A stretch of DNA of 64,000 nucleotides from contig NC_045707.1 of NCBI RefSeq assembly GCF_009834535.1, forward strand, positions 57,352,001-57,416,000, read 5' to 3'. The translations under genes were made by a program, and so were the position numbers. Shown one piece after another: positions 28,029 through 40,340 of this stretch (positions within the stretch are counted from its first letter, which is position 1; the number at the start of each line of letters is the position of its first letter). This stretch comes from Camelus ferus. Taxonomy: Eukaryota. A model generated the notes under the pieces. It did no database searches, had not been told where the DNA came from, and saw nothing but the letters and a program-made list of their open reading frames with translations.

Positions 28029-30539
28029 TCATGGATATTTTAAAGGTCAGGTTGTTCCACCAGTGAAATGTTTCTTTGTCAAGCAAAACTTCTAATGGAA
28101 GACAAATCTTAATACTGTGTGTACACGTGGATTATATATGGAATTTCTGGGTCCAACATCGAGCTTGATTACTCTGGTGAAGAAGACAGACGTTCTACTT
28201 TTGATGGAGATTTATTACTTTCAACATTAGGGTGCATTAGTGTCACGCACTCTGACAATTATCCTAAAAGATGCCTTGCCTGCTCTGTGCAGAGTGGTCT
28301 AGTAATTTCACAGCTATAGCCTGGAACCCATGTTTTCAAGTTTTTATTTAAAAATGGAACAAAACGTGTTTTTTATTGTCAAAGTTTCTTGGCTTTTCAG
28401 AGGATAAGTGTTAATGCGCTTGGTTGAACTTAGGTCAGACACTTCATTCTGTTTCCTTTTTAAAGTAAAGGATTGCTGTGTCTTAGAAAAATTTGACAAG
28501 AGAAGTTCATTCACAGACTTGTAGAGAATGCTAGGCCCTAAGAAGAAGGCTAGTCCTTTGATTCCAGATTTGCTGGTCTGGTATGGTTGCTATTGGAAAC
28601 ACTGCCATTTTGGAGGGAGAAATTAGAGGCAGAATTGCGACATTTCCTGTGTAGAAAGGAAGATAATCTGTGAGGGAAAGGGAGTTGAACAGAGAAAGAC
28701 TTGTCAGTTTATCCGTGGGGAAGATCTGCAACAACTGAAAAGCCAGCAAAACTCTTAAAGGTTACTTGTGCTTAGATGATTTCAATGAAAAAAAAAAAGG
28801 ATTCAAATGTCATTCCTCACTGACAGAGGCTGCATTGTTGACACCAACCTTTCCAAAAATAACCTCATTTGACTTGAGGACAAAGGATTTGAGTAGAACC
28901 TGAATTCAGCTGAAAGTGTGTTAGAGAAAGCTCAGGAGTCCACATACCTTTACTCTGCTCTGATAAAGAAGTTGACTGCTGTCGAAAGTGATATGAGCTG
29001 CACCTTTGAGCACTTGCTGCTATTAAAACAGACTCAAATTGATTGAATACTAAAAACGATATAAATATTTCCATGTAAAAGATCACTCCAAAGTTTAACT
29101 TCTTCCAAACCAAATAACACACCCTTCTTATTGAAATATATTTTAAGCAGATGCAAAGTTTTCTTTTTTATGTAATTGGTTTAATTTGGGATTATTATAT
29201 TTCCAGGAAGCAACCATTAATTTTTACCAAAAAAAGTCACATAATCCTTTGTAATTTATGAAATAACTCAATGTCAAGGGCAAAAAATGGCATGAACATT
29301 TACACACAAGTTTATTTTTCTTGGGATAACACCATAACTTCATTAGATTCACAGAAGGGTCCATGATATCTCTTCCCACCCTCATCCCTCAAAGAATGAA
29401 GAAAAATCCCTAATCAAGGATGATGGTGTCAGTTGAGAAGTGCGAAATAACTAGCTGGTGTCTAACTATAAGGTCTTTCCAATTCTATGAATCTATAGTT
29501 ATGTAGCAAGTAATTAACGTTTTTCTTCATGTAGATTACATGGACTTATGTAAGGCTCAGCATATATGCATGGTAGGAATATGTGACTATAGGAGGCTCT
29601 GTATGAAGGGGGTGGGGAAGGCAGATACTGTGAAGATTTTTAAACTGATAACAATAATAACAAAAATAAATGTACAAAAACAGAATGACTGAATCACTCA
29701 CTGGATACAGAATTTGTAAACTATAGTTACAGTTCTATTCCTGCATCTTTTTTAGGGAGAAGGTGCATTTTTAACAATGTGAGGAGTGTTTATAACATCA
29801 ACATGTCACTTTCTGGTAGCAAGAACAGGGTCTTTGTGGCAAGAACCATCTTAGATTATAAATGCACTATTGGGTCATTGATCTTAAAGATATCTAAACA
29901 GACCCTTACCAGTAGTCCATAAGGACTCTGGAAGCTGTTAGCATCACTGTTGGATAAATACTCAGCTCCAGCTTTTCTATTTGCTACTACAAATGATAAA
30001 ATAAACAGTACATATTTCCAGAAGCTTGTAATTACATGTACTTTCACAGCAGTTCAGAATAATAGAGCCCCCAGAGAAGTTGTGTTTTATATCAGTCAGA
30101 TAAAGTGAACATTCTGTCTTCTGTTGAGATCATAGGACTGGAAATCAGAACTTCTATTTTTGGCACCATGGATGACAACATTTTTTCTCCCCGTGAACAA
30201 GTCATTTAACCTTTTCTTGCTTCAGTATTGCCAACATATGAGGAGACAGGTCCATTTTTACAAGCCATCTAAAATAAATGTTAGGTTGCAAATCAGCATT
30301 TTTTAAAACCAGCCTGTTGTTATCCCTGAGTGTAATTTGCAAATACAAAAGGAAATAGAATTAGTACCACTTATACTTCAAGTATATGCAAGGCAATTAT
30401 CAGCTTCCTCCCTCCCTTCCTTTTTTTCCCTTCTTCCTTTCTTCTTATCTTCCTTTTTTTCTGTCATATAAGATTTAGGGTTGGAAACTGACTACTACAT
30501 CTTGTATTAATAATTTCCTTGACTTTTATGTAATCTTAT

Positions 30540-31640
30540 GAGTACTTGTGTTTATTCCTTAAACATATTTATCTTAATTTTATGTGTTTAAAATGTTATA
30601 AAAAGATACCATGCTGATAAAATCTTCAGGGATATTCTTTTTCACTTAATATCATACTGCTAAGATAACATTTTTTTTGTGTTATATTTCACTTGTTTTG
30701 ACTGCTGTGTGATATTCCATTGTGTAACGGGTACTGCGGTTTATTAACTCACTCTCCCATTGGTGAGCATTGAGTTGTTTCCAGCTTTTCACTGTGATCA
30801 TTGGTGCTGCTACTAACATACATGCACTTTTTAGTAAGATAACTAAGACTTCTCTTGGATATATACATAGATGTGGAATTTCTGTATCATAAGTTTTAAA
30901 AGTACTCAACTTTAAGAGATAACGCCAGTTTTTAAACTTGGCTGATCTAATTTACACCCCAAAAAGCAGTATGGAAGTTGTGTACCCACATTACCTCCAA
31001 CACTTGACATATGAGACATTTAAGCTTTTAACAATTGAATGTACTTAAATGGTATCTTATTGCAGTAATTATTTGCATTTAATTGATCACTAAATTATTG
31101 AATATGCTTTCTTTTGATTTTTGGCCCTAAATATTTATTTTTCTGTGAAACATCTGTTCATGTATTTTCCTACTAGTTTGTGCTTTTATATATGTGTGTG
31201 TATATATATTTTTTTAATCTATTCTTATTACCATTTTTTTTTACTGGCTGTGTATATAGTGAATATATTCTATTTTATAACTTGTCTTTAAGATGTCTTA
31301 CAATTGTTAATTTTTAAATATTCACAGTAATCATTTTTAAAATAGTCAATGCTTTTTTGGTGTCTCACCTCAGAAATAGTTCCCTACCCCAAAGTCTAGA
31401 AAATACTCACTTATATTTTCTACTAAAAGTAAAAATTTTTTTTTTATAATATGTCCCTAATTTATCTGGAGTTGATTTTTGTATATAGTGTGAGCTGGGA
31501 GTCCAATTTTGTTTATTATCTGTAAGGGTACCTATTTATTTCCAGCTCTATTTATTAAGTAATCCATAATTTCCTCCTTGATTTGTCACATTAATATACA
31601 CCAAAGACTATACACATGGATCTGTTTCTGGGTTTTCTGA
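30540..31640 (-). mobile_element. Old L1M (ORF2 C-terminus and 3'UTR)
   Basis: ORF 30682..30909 YDTEIPHLCIYPRE...SWKQ resembles the L1 ORF2 C-terminus; also ttttcacttaat, tattccattgtgta, ctggagttgatttttgtatatagtgtgag. Confidence 0.85.
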
Positions 31641-32734
31641 ATAATTGGTCAGTTTATCTCTCCGTTTATTAATTCCCTACTTATCTCATTTGGGAGAGTC
31701 CAAGGCAATGAATATTGGGGGAGGGAGGGAGCGAGGCATAGTTTTAATTTTACCTAGTTGTGATCCTCGCTTTTGTTTCATTAGGAGGTTCTTGAGTGCT
31801 TACTGTGTGTGTAGAAGTAAATTAATGAGAGCAAGCCAGTCATGGATCAGTGGACAGTGATGGTATGTGCCATGAATTAAAGGTTATGATAACTCCAGTT
31901 CTGTTCTTTGCACCTGAGGTCCAAGGAGGGAAGGGAAAAAAGAAAAGAACATAGCCTAATGTTCTTAAACAGAGAATAGTTTCACATTCATGATTTGTGG
32001 GTCTCTTTCTAGTTTCTTTCATCAAGGTTAATTAAGGTTTTAAGTAAAGTGATCTGTCTTACTGGACTGAAGAGAGAACGTCCATTTCAATCAGAGTAAA
32101 ATTAGCACCTAGCACAGTGTCTGCCAAATAATGAGCATTTAATAAGTATTTGTTGGATGCATGAAGCAATTCATTAAGGTGTCTCATTTTCATTAATAGG
32201 CAAACATATATTTGATTTTCGTAAGTCTTGAATTTCAAATGGGACTGAATTCATACAAACACAGACAGAACATGATAACCCCTCTAGTTCAGAGTAAGAT
32301 CTTACTTACATTAAAATGCCCTTCAGCTTTGAAAGGTGACCCGTAATTAGAACCAAAATTTTATTTACATTTAAAACTTGTTTCCAATCTTGAAAACTGA
32401 CCTGTAATTAGAATCAGATTCTCAGGGTTCTTTATGTATTTGTATAAATATATGCAAATGTTGGTGGGAAGGTACAAATATGTAACATGTGGGTTATCAT
32501 GTAGTAACTGTATATATATTGTGTTTGACATGAATTAAGTAGTACATATAGGGTGTAAGATGAACCTTGGGAAGCACCTAGGCCTGTGTTCTTACCTTTG
32601 GGGAGTTATAAATTTCTTTATAATTCTGGTGATTATGAATCTGGTAAAATTATGCACCATTTTCCCAAGAATACATACATGTGCAAAAAAAATTTTTTTT
32701 AGCTCAGGGGCTGGTAAGTCCTCTGAAACTGATC

Positions 32735-32885
32735 CATTTAGCATCTTGATTTATCATAACCTCTTAATTTTATAGATGAGAAAATAAGCTCTGGAAAGTT
32801 TACATGGTCTTTCAAGCTAGTTAGTGTCTGAATTAGTACAGAATCAAAGTCTCCTGAATCCTAGTCTAGTTCTGGTTCCACTTGT
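32735..32885 (-). mobile_element. MIR fragment
   Basis: aacctcttaattttatagatgagaaaataagctc...agctagttagtg...agaatcaaagtctcctgaatcctagtc. Confidence 0.7.
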
Positions 32886-33256
32886 TATGGAGAGTGGCAA
32901 AAATAGAACATTCTGAAATGTGGAAACAATGAAACATTGTTTCACTACTTATAGGTAATGAGCTAAAATAATTGGAAAATTGCATCATGATTCCATTTCC
33001 AGAATTCCTGTTCATATCAGTGTTCCAAGTATACCAACAGCATTATTTAAAATTTTTACTTTGAGTTCTTTCTTTGCCTCATTTAACACAAGACAATGTG
33101 TTGCATTTTAGTAATATACTGCATCATATAATTGTTATCCGAATTTCCAGAAGGCAATGTAAAACAATTAGTTACTAAGCATTGTATAATTGGCATTATA
33201 TCACCAAAACAAATATGACATTTCCAGAAAATTTTAGTCCCTTATGAAAAGTTTAG

Positions 33257-33532
33257 GTTTTTTTTAGAAGTATAGTTGATTTACAACATTATATTAGTTT
33301 CAGAGGCAAAACATAGTAATTTGATATTTCTATATGTTATACACCATACAAAATTATTATAAAATACTGGCTGTATTCCCTGTGCTGTACATTACATCCT
33401 TGTGACTATTTATTTTATGCCTAGTAGTTTATACCTCTTAGTCCCCTTCACCTAGATTGCCCCTCTCCTCACCCCTCTACCCTCTGGTAACTGCTAGCTT
33501 GTTTTCTGGATCTTAGAGTCTGTTCCTGTTTT
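33257..33532 (-). mobile_element. L1 3'UTR with T-tail (L1MA9/artiodactyl-type)
   Basis: tttttagaagtatagttgatttacaacattatattagtttcag...ccctgtgctgtacattacatcc...ccctctggtaac. Confidence 0.85.
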
Positions 33533-36500
33533 AATTTAGTATTTTTAAGGCCAAGCTTTAGCAAGTATGTTTCAGGATTTATCGCAAATATCTATTCAAA
33601 GGTGCCCGTCATCCTTTTCTTAGTAAGTTAGCTCTGGAGCCAAGGAAACCATTTCAACCAGTAGCCACAACTTTAGGGAAAAGGCCTGCTCTCCTAGACA
33701 AAGAGAAAAGAAATGTGTCCCAAAACTGCCTTGTACTTCTCAAGTCCACCTGTTGGCTATACAATAAAAGACCCCAATACTTATTAAGCCTAATACTTGG
33801 AAACTTTTGAACTGCAGTGTCTCCATGCTGCTGTTTCCCATAGGTCAGCAGTAGTGCATCCCAGACTTGTCCTACTGACTAAATTTTTAGAATTCCTTTT
33901 CTGTCTATTCCCCAATTGCTAGCATCTGGAGGTGCAGTCATAGCATCCAGTCCCACCAGTTAATAGGCATGAGACAGCAGTCGTTTTTAAAGGCATCTTT
34001 CCAAGTTTCTCAGGTGCTATGCAAATACATAAGCAAATATAAAAAATAAACAAAGAACGAATGAAACAACAATAAAAACAGCATAATAAACCATTTACCT
34101 TAGAGTCACCGAGTGAGGGATTAGGGCCCAGCAGGGACATATATTCTTCCTCTCCATCTTGCTTCTGGGAAGATGGGTCAAGTTGCCAAGGACACCAGTG
34201 ACAGGGAAATCATGGAAGTCTGGATAGGCCACAGAAGCATCACCTTGATGACAATGGATAGATGTGTATCTTCAGTGTTAAATGCAGTAATATTTCTCTT
34301 TTTCTAAGGTCAAGAAAGGAAAGGAAAATTGGTCTCTCTGGAACACCCAATAGAAAGATTATTTCTCTTTCACTGATTCCTTTGATACGATTTTCTTTAC
34401 ATACCTTCCTACACAATTTTCAGGTCCTACCCACTTGGAAATATCAATAGGCATGCAGCCAGACAAGGATGACCGTGCTAAAACATATCTTTCTAAAGAA
34501 AACTCAAGGCTAACTATTCTGAGAACTATAAACCCATATGGAGTCAGCGTTGGAATGTTTACTGACTGTGTAGAGAAATTAAAGGATACTACCCATTGGA
34601 GTTTCTGACTGAAAGAATATTCTGTTAAATTTACTCGATGACCACCTGCTTAACTGAGAGAGATTTTTGACTTATTATTTTATAAAGTGAATTGTAACTG
34701 TATTCTATTAAAATTTCTTTGAAATCATTCAATTTCCTCACAGATGGGCAAGCAATTACTTCTGTGTCCAGAATAGCAGCTTAACCAACTACCGATGCAC
34801 CTTGGGAGAACTGGGATTGCTAGACATTAGCTAAGTAAATTAGACTTTCCTAAACAAGCTGTAAAATAGATCCTTCCTCGAGATGTGACAAAGATTTGTG
34901 TCATTTATATTTCAATAAATAATATGGCCAAATAATCAGTTGGAAGAAAATTGAAGTCTTAGAAAATTATGAAGGCACCATAATAGTTCAACAGAACTTT
35001 TCAATAATAAATATTTTAAATGTTTGAAGATAGTCCCATGAGAGGACAATAATTTATTAATTACCACAGTTGAAGAGTTTGTAATTACGAGTGTGATTCA
35101 AATCCGTTGTTGATATTTCATGCAAAATACCTTGTCAAGCTTAGGCAATTACTTAAACAATACTTAAGAAGTTCATTTAGAATATTCATTTGCCTTAATT
35201 AATTGTGCCACATGATTACATCTAGGGGAGGGAGAAATTTTTAAGCTCTCCATGACTTAAGGACTGAAAGTAACAGAATCACTGAATCATAGTTGATGTT
35301 CAGATTTTCATCTTAGAAAGGATAAACTTGGATAATAAGGAATTCATTTAAAACATGATTTAGTCATCATGGTATAAAAATAAAAACAAATTAAATCGAC
35401 TGTTGTAATTAGGACTTTAAAATATTTGCATTGCCAAATGCAAAGACACATTGAAGTGTCCACATATTTGAACATGTGATTACACGTATGAATTTTCCCC
35501 AATTTGAATTCATATATAATGAAAATTGGACACTGTTAGGCTATAGCTTAAAAAAAATCTCAGAACATTTTTCTATCTTTAGTTAGCTAATTATAGTGAT
35601 TTAATCATAAGAAAAAGAAACATTAACTGATGTGATTATATTTTATAAAATATTTGCATTCTGTAGAAGATAAAATGATATTTTCCTCTCTTTGAATTTC
35701 CAGTGATATAAAGGTTTACATTTGTTCTTTTATTATAAGATTCCAGACCATCAAATACTTATATTTAACTTTGAGAGATGTTTTACAGTGGATACTTGAC
35801 TAAACATGAGTTTACAAGCAAAAATTTCAGTTTATCATCTATCTGGCTGTTTTATTTATTTAATGCCAAATATTCACATGATTACAAATATTGATTTCTT
35901 TTGAGGAAAGCGATGTTTAACAACTGTTAGAAAAACATGTGCTTATTGAACTATATTTCAGTATATTTGGTGTTGATGTACCTATTAGCAACTAGAAAAA
36001 AGAGTAAAAGGAGAGTTTTCCTCAATACAATGACTAATTTAAATATATAAAATTATTTAATTGGATTTAGAAGCAGTTGCATTGGAATTAGACTTGTTGA
36101 CTTACTTTCCTGATAGAGAAATAACCTTTTAGAGATAGCACTTCAGATACTGCAATTCAAAATATACAATTTTGTTTTAATGTAGCAAGTTATTTAGGAA
36201 ATAAATTCATTATATGCTGTGCTAACTCTGAGGGCCTTTTCCTATTTCGCACTCTTCTCCATCACCTTTCATTTCCCTTGGCCCCTAAAAACCAAGTAAC
36301 CACCCATATGTTCTCTTTACCTTTTCTCCTCCCATTGCCTTTACCCTTTTGTGTCTAGAAGAGGGAAAAAGCTGAATGAGATGGATGCATCCCCCACCCA
36401 CCCACGTTCAGCCTAAGATTCCTTCATTCTGTGTGTGATGTTGGTTCTTTAAAAAAAAAAAAAAGAAGAAGAAGTAGTAGCAGTTACTAGTTTTATGACC

Positions 36501-39500
36501 TCGGGGCTTAGATCATTTCTATGTGAATGTTTTTCCCATTTATAGCATGAGTTTTCCATTGACCTTTCCTAAGGTATACAAGTAATTCTTCAGAATCCTT
36601 GTTTGCTGCTAAAAATGATACAAACATATCACATTTACAGGTTTCAAGTACAATGGTAAATTCGGCCCCAAATTAGTGAATCGGGATGTGCCTATAATAG
36701 TACAACAAAAATACTATACCTGATACAAAGAAATGCTAATTTTCAATTTGCAGCTACTACCTGGAGGAGCACTTGGTGAAGTTCGCGACTCATCTGTACC
36801 TGGTCTGGCCATAGTCTAGGTTCAGTGGAAACTTGGAGAGGTTCCTCCTGCTCGTAAGGCCTAGTTACATGAGACCGTCTTCCTTTGTGGCCTCCCAGTA
36901 AGCTGTAGACGATCGTGCCAAACCTCGTAGGTGTTTGTGAGGATAGTTACGGTTTGGTGCGCCTTTGGAAAGTTGCATCAGTCCTCTGTGCTTGCTGTGC
37001 TCCCTGCTTCTGTTTGTTTTACAGCAGCTGCTTAGCCTCCACCCTCTGCCTAGGGCTTGCCCAGTTTTTGTACATGGCATCCATTCTCATCATGGGGACT
37101 AGCAGGATTCACCTTTCTTTTTATTAAAAAGGAGAGTATATTTACACTAGTTATTCCTTTGAACTTCTCAAGGGTACCAAGTGAGACTGTGCACTGAACC
37201 TTTTAGGAACACCGTTCATTTCTGTGGTCATTCTGAATTTGAATGTTTGTTATTACAATTTCCTGGCAGATGTTTCTGTCTTGAGGAAGCTCCAGCTTTT
37301 TCTAATAAACATAGAAGCACCAATTGTGCTAAGTATAGAACTAGATTTCTCATAACATTCTTTGTCATTTTGTGCATTTATCACAGAGGGGCGATCCTAT
37401 GTACCCTGCCATTCTAAAAGATCCCCAAATCTATTAGAATTTAGCAGAAGTTCCAGAAGTTCTTGGAGCCTTGCCACCAGCAAGTTTCCTCTTCCTGATT
37501 TAAACATCCTCATACTTTGTAACTTCCCTCGTGCAGCAAGATTTCCCTTCCTTTCAGTCATCCAGTTACCTTCCTCTCCACAAAAGAACTCCAAAGTTCA
37601 TGAGAAATGCTTACTGGAAATATTTGACTCTATAATTTATATTTTGCATGATTGGTTTGTATGCAACACTGTTATATAATTCATGTCCACTTATACTCAG
37701 TACTCCATGGGCCACATTTAAGAGTATTCAAGTGTGACCTTCTCATAGATGGAAAAGAAGAAAATTTGCAAGAAAAAATGTTACCTAAGGGATAATTCAG
37801 TTGAGTTGAGCTCTTAGTGGCTATATAGTCATTTAAATTTCTAGCAATACATAGACTATTTTATAGCCGTCTACTTCTTAGAATCTTCCAAAACGTGTTT
37901 TTCAGTGAAATGATTCCCAACAGTTTTAAAATTAAGGATGTGTCTATTCTAATGACATCTGAGAGGCAGATGTTAAAAAATCAGAAGGGGCCAACAGACA
38001 CGGTTTTCAGCCCAAACTTGTGGGAATCTTTACCTAGGCTTCTCCTTTGTGCTCTGATGGAGTGCAGTGCCCTCGGCCTGAAGAGGACCCCACACGTAGC
38101 CAACTAAACAGTGTAACCAGGCAGTTTGAATTGAGTAGAAAGGACAGACATGTCCAGGTGTCCACAGAACTCCCCCCACTGAGGAACCCTCTGTTTCGGA
38201 TTGAATGCTCTCTTTGTGTGTGACCAGAAAACATAGGCATCTTAAATACCGAAGTGAGTTCCCATGAGATCTTCTCTGGAGCTTTGTAGACTTCTGCTCA
38301 TTTGTCTCATGAACTAAAGGACTGTTTTTTTTTTTTTTTTTCGATGAAGATTAAAATACCTTGGTTTAACTTGAATGACAGTGTCTCCGGTCTCCACCTA
38401 AGCCAAAACTTAGGCCACCTTAACTTCACCTCATGCTCTACCTTGCAGCTTTGATGCCAGTTGTGTCATCATTTAGACTAGGTATCACATCCTTATCCAT
38501 CTTCCTTAAGTGTCAGGGTGCAGAGCAGTTGAGATGCAGTGGGTTGGTTTTTTGACACTGGAAAGCAGTCTCTGCTCTAGGATTTCCTCAGGGGTGCGCT
38601 TGCCCTGCTACCTGATAGTGATTATGGGTGATAGGAGGAGCCCCTTGTGAAACCAGCCCAGAGGCATGTCCTGACCTCCAGTGATCTTATCCTAAAGGTG
38701 GTATATTCTCACTTAGTTAATTAAAGCTGAGCAGTAAGTCTGCTGAGCAGCATAGCAGGTAGCATTTCTGGTCTGTCTTGTCAGGGTACAGTTAAATGAG
38801 ATACTAGCCACTTCTTGGTTTCTGAATTAATTAGTTCCTGGGCACTTTGACCCAGATGATACCAAGAGACAACATGCAACTGTGAAGAAATACATCACTC
38901 CTGTCAGTTTCTTTCCTCTCTTACCAGCAGGCTAGTGTCTCTTTATCCTTGAGTAGACAACCAATGATGTGTTGGAAGAACTTTGTGAGTGATTACCTTG
39001 CTTCTGGGTGCCTGGCCCCCCTTGATTACTATTCCACTCTAGTGGAAGGCACCTTCAGCATTATCAGAGGGAAGAAAAGCTACCAAGGTGCAGTTAAGTT
39101 GTTAACCATTCATTATTTTACTATGGGAGGCTTAAAATAGCTGCTTCCAGCTTTCTCTTTGCTCTGCCATCAGTGTAGTAACACTTCAAAGAAAAGTTTC
39201 TTCCTGTGGGCTATAAATCTGAAGTATACACAAATGAAAATTAAAATCAACTAATATGTTAAGTTGGCAATATAAAACACATGCAATGGAAGTTTCTTTA
39301 CGCGTTTCTAGGTGTGAAGGGGATGGGTGGCAAATACTAGCAAAGTGTAAATTAAAAAGACCTAAAATTTACTATAGAGAGACCTTACCACCAAGGAAGC
39401 AAGCTTTGAGAATCAGGTTGTTGATAACTCCTCTTAGCCCTGACGTCTTCACGATTTCTCATTTTTATGGAGCACAATGTTCATCTAAAGAGAAGAGTGT

Positions 39501-39759
39501 AAGAAAAAAATTCACAGAAGTTTTTCATAAGAGAAAACCTATCCAGGGAGATGGCAGTCTCTGGAGTAGAATAGACAAAAGGAATAGAGCAGTTACTCCA
39601 GGTTTCCTATCAAACAGCTTCCCTTACGTCTCTCTAACTAGCAGAAATACGATTTCATTCAGGTGCTACACCCCCTTCCTCTTCAGCCTGCCCCATCGTG
39701 ACTCAGGGAAGGGTGACCCTAGCCTAAGCTAGAAGGGTAAATCAGATGGCTTTAATGTA

Positions 39760-40340
39760 AGGCAGGTATCATGTATCATTCCTCTTGTGAGTAATTGGGT
39801 TAGCAGGTTGGGGAAGTCACCCTAATCTAGCCAATGCAGCATGGGTTGAAGTCCAATAACGAGTTTCTGAGAAAGATATCAATGCTATTAAAAAGAGACA
39901 TCAAAATAGTTAATTCCCCCATTTCTACTGGATGTTGTCCTGTCTGGATATAATATTTGAAACTATAAGAGCCATCCAAGGACTACGAAGAGAACAAGCC
40001 TTCAAAGACAAAGCTGACATTCTGAGCGTCCCAGGGGAGTGAAAACCTGGTCCTTGATGACCCAATGAAATCTCTGAACCAGCTGTCTAGATTTGCCTTA
40101 CCTTTTGAGCCAACGGTTACCAAACATGGCTACACATAAGAATTAACTGGAGAGCTTTTAAAAATCCTAATACCCAGCTCTCACTCCCCTGCAGTCTGAT
40201 CAGAATGTTGGATAGGAGTTAGACATCAGTATATTTTAAGGATCCCCAGGTGATTCTATTGTGTAGCACCATTTGGGAACCATCTGGTTTGAGTCATTTT
40301 GAATGACATCTTTTGTTATTACCATCTGAGTGCTCCTTAG
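39760..40340. mobile_element. Old ERVL/MaLR LTR remnant with an inserted MER5-like MITE (about 40110-40287)
   Basis: ctggatgttgtcctgtctggat...acctggtccttgatgac; the insert runs caacggttaccaaac...ccccaggtgattct...tttgggaaccatctg. Confidence 0.55.

Noticed and set aside
39256..39732. Longest ORF in the track (158 aa) as a nested or de novo gene
   Set aside because: No recognisable domain and a weak start context. By rough estimate, about one ORF of this length is expected by chance in 64 kb across six frames.
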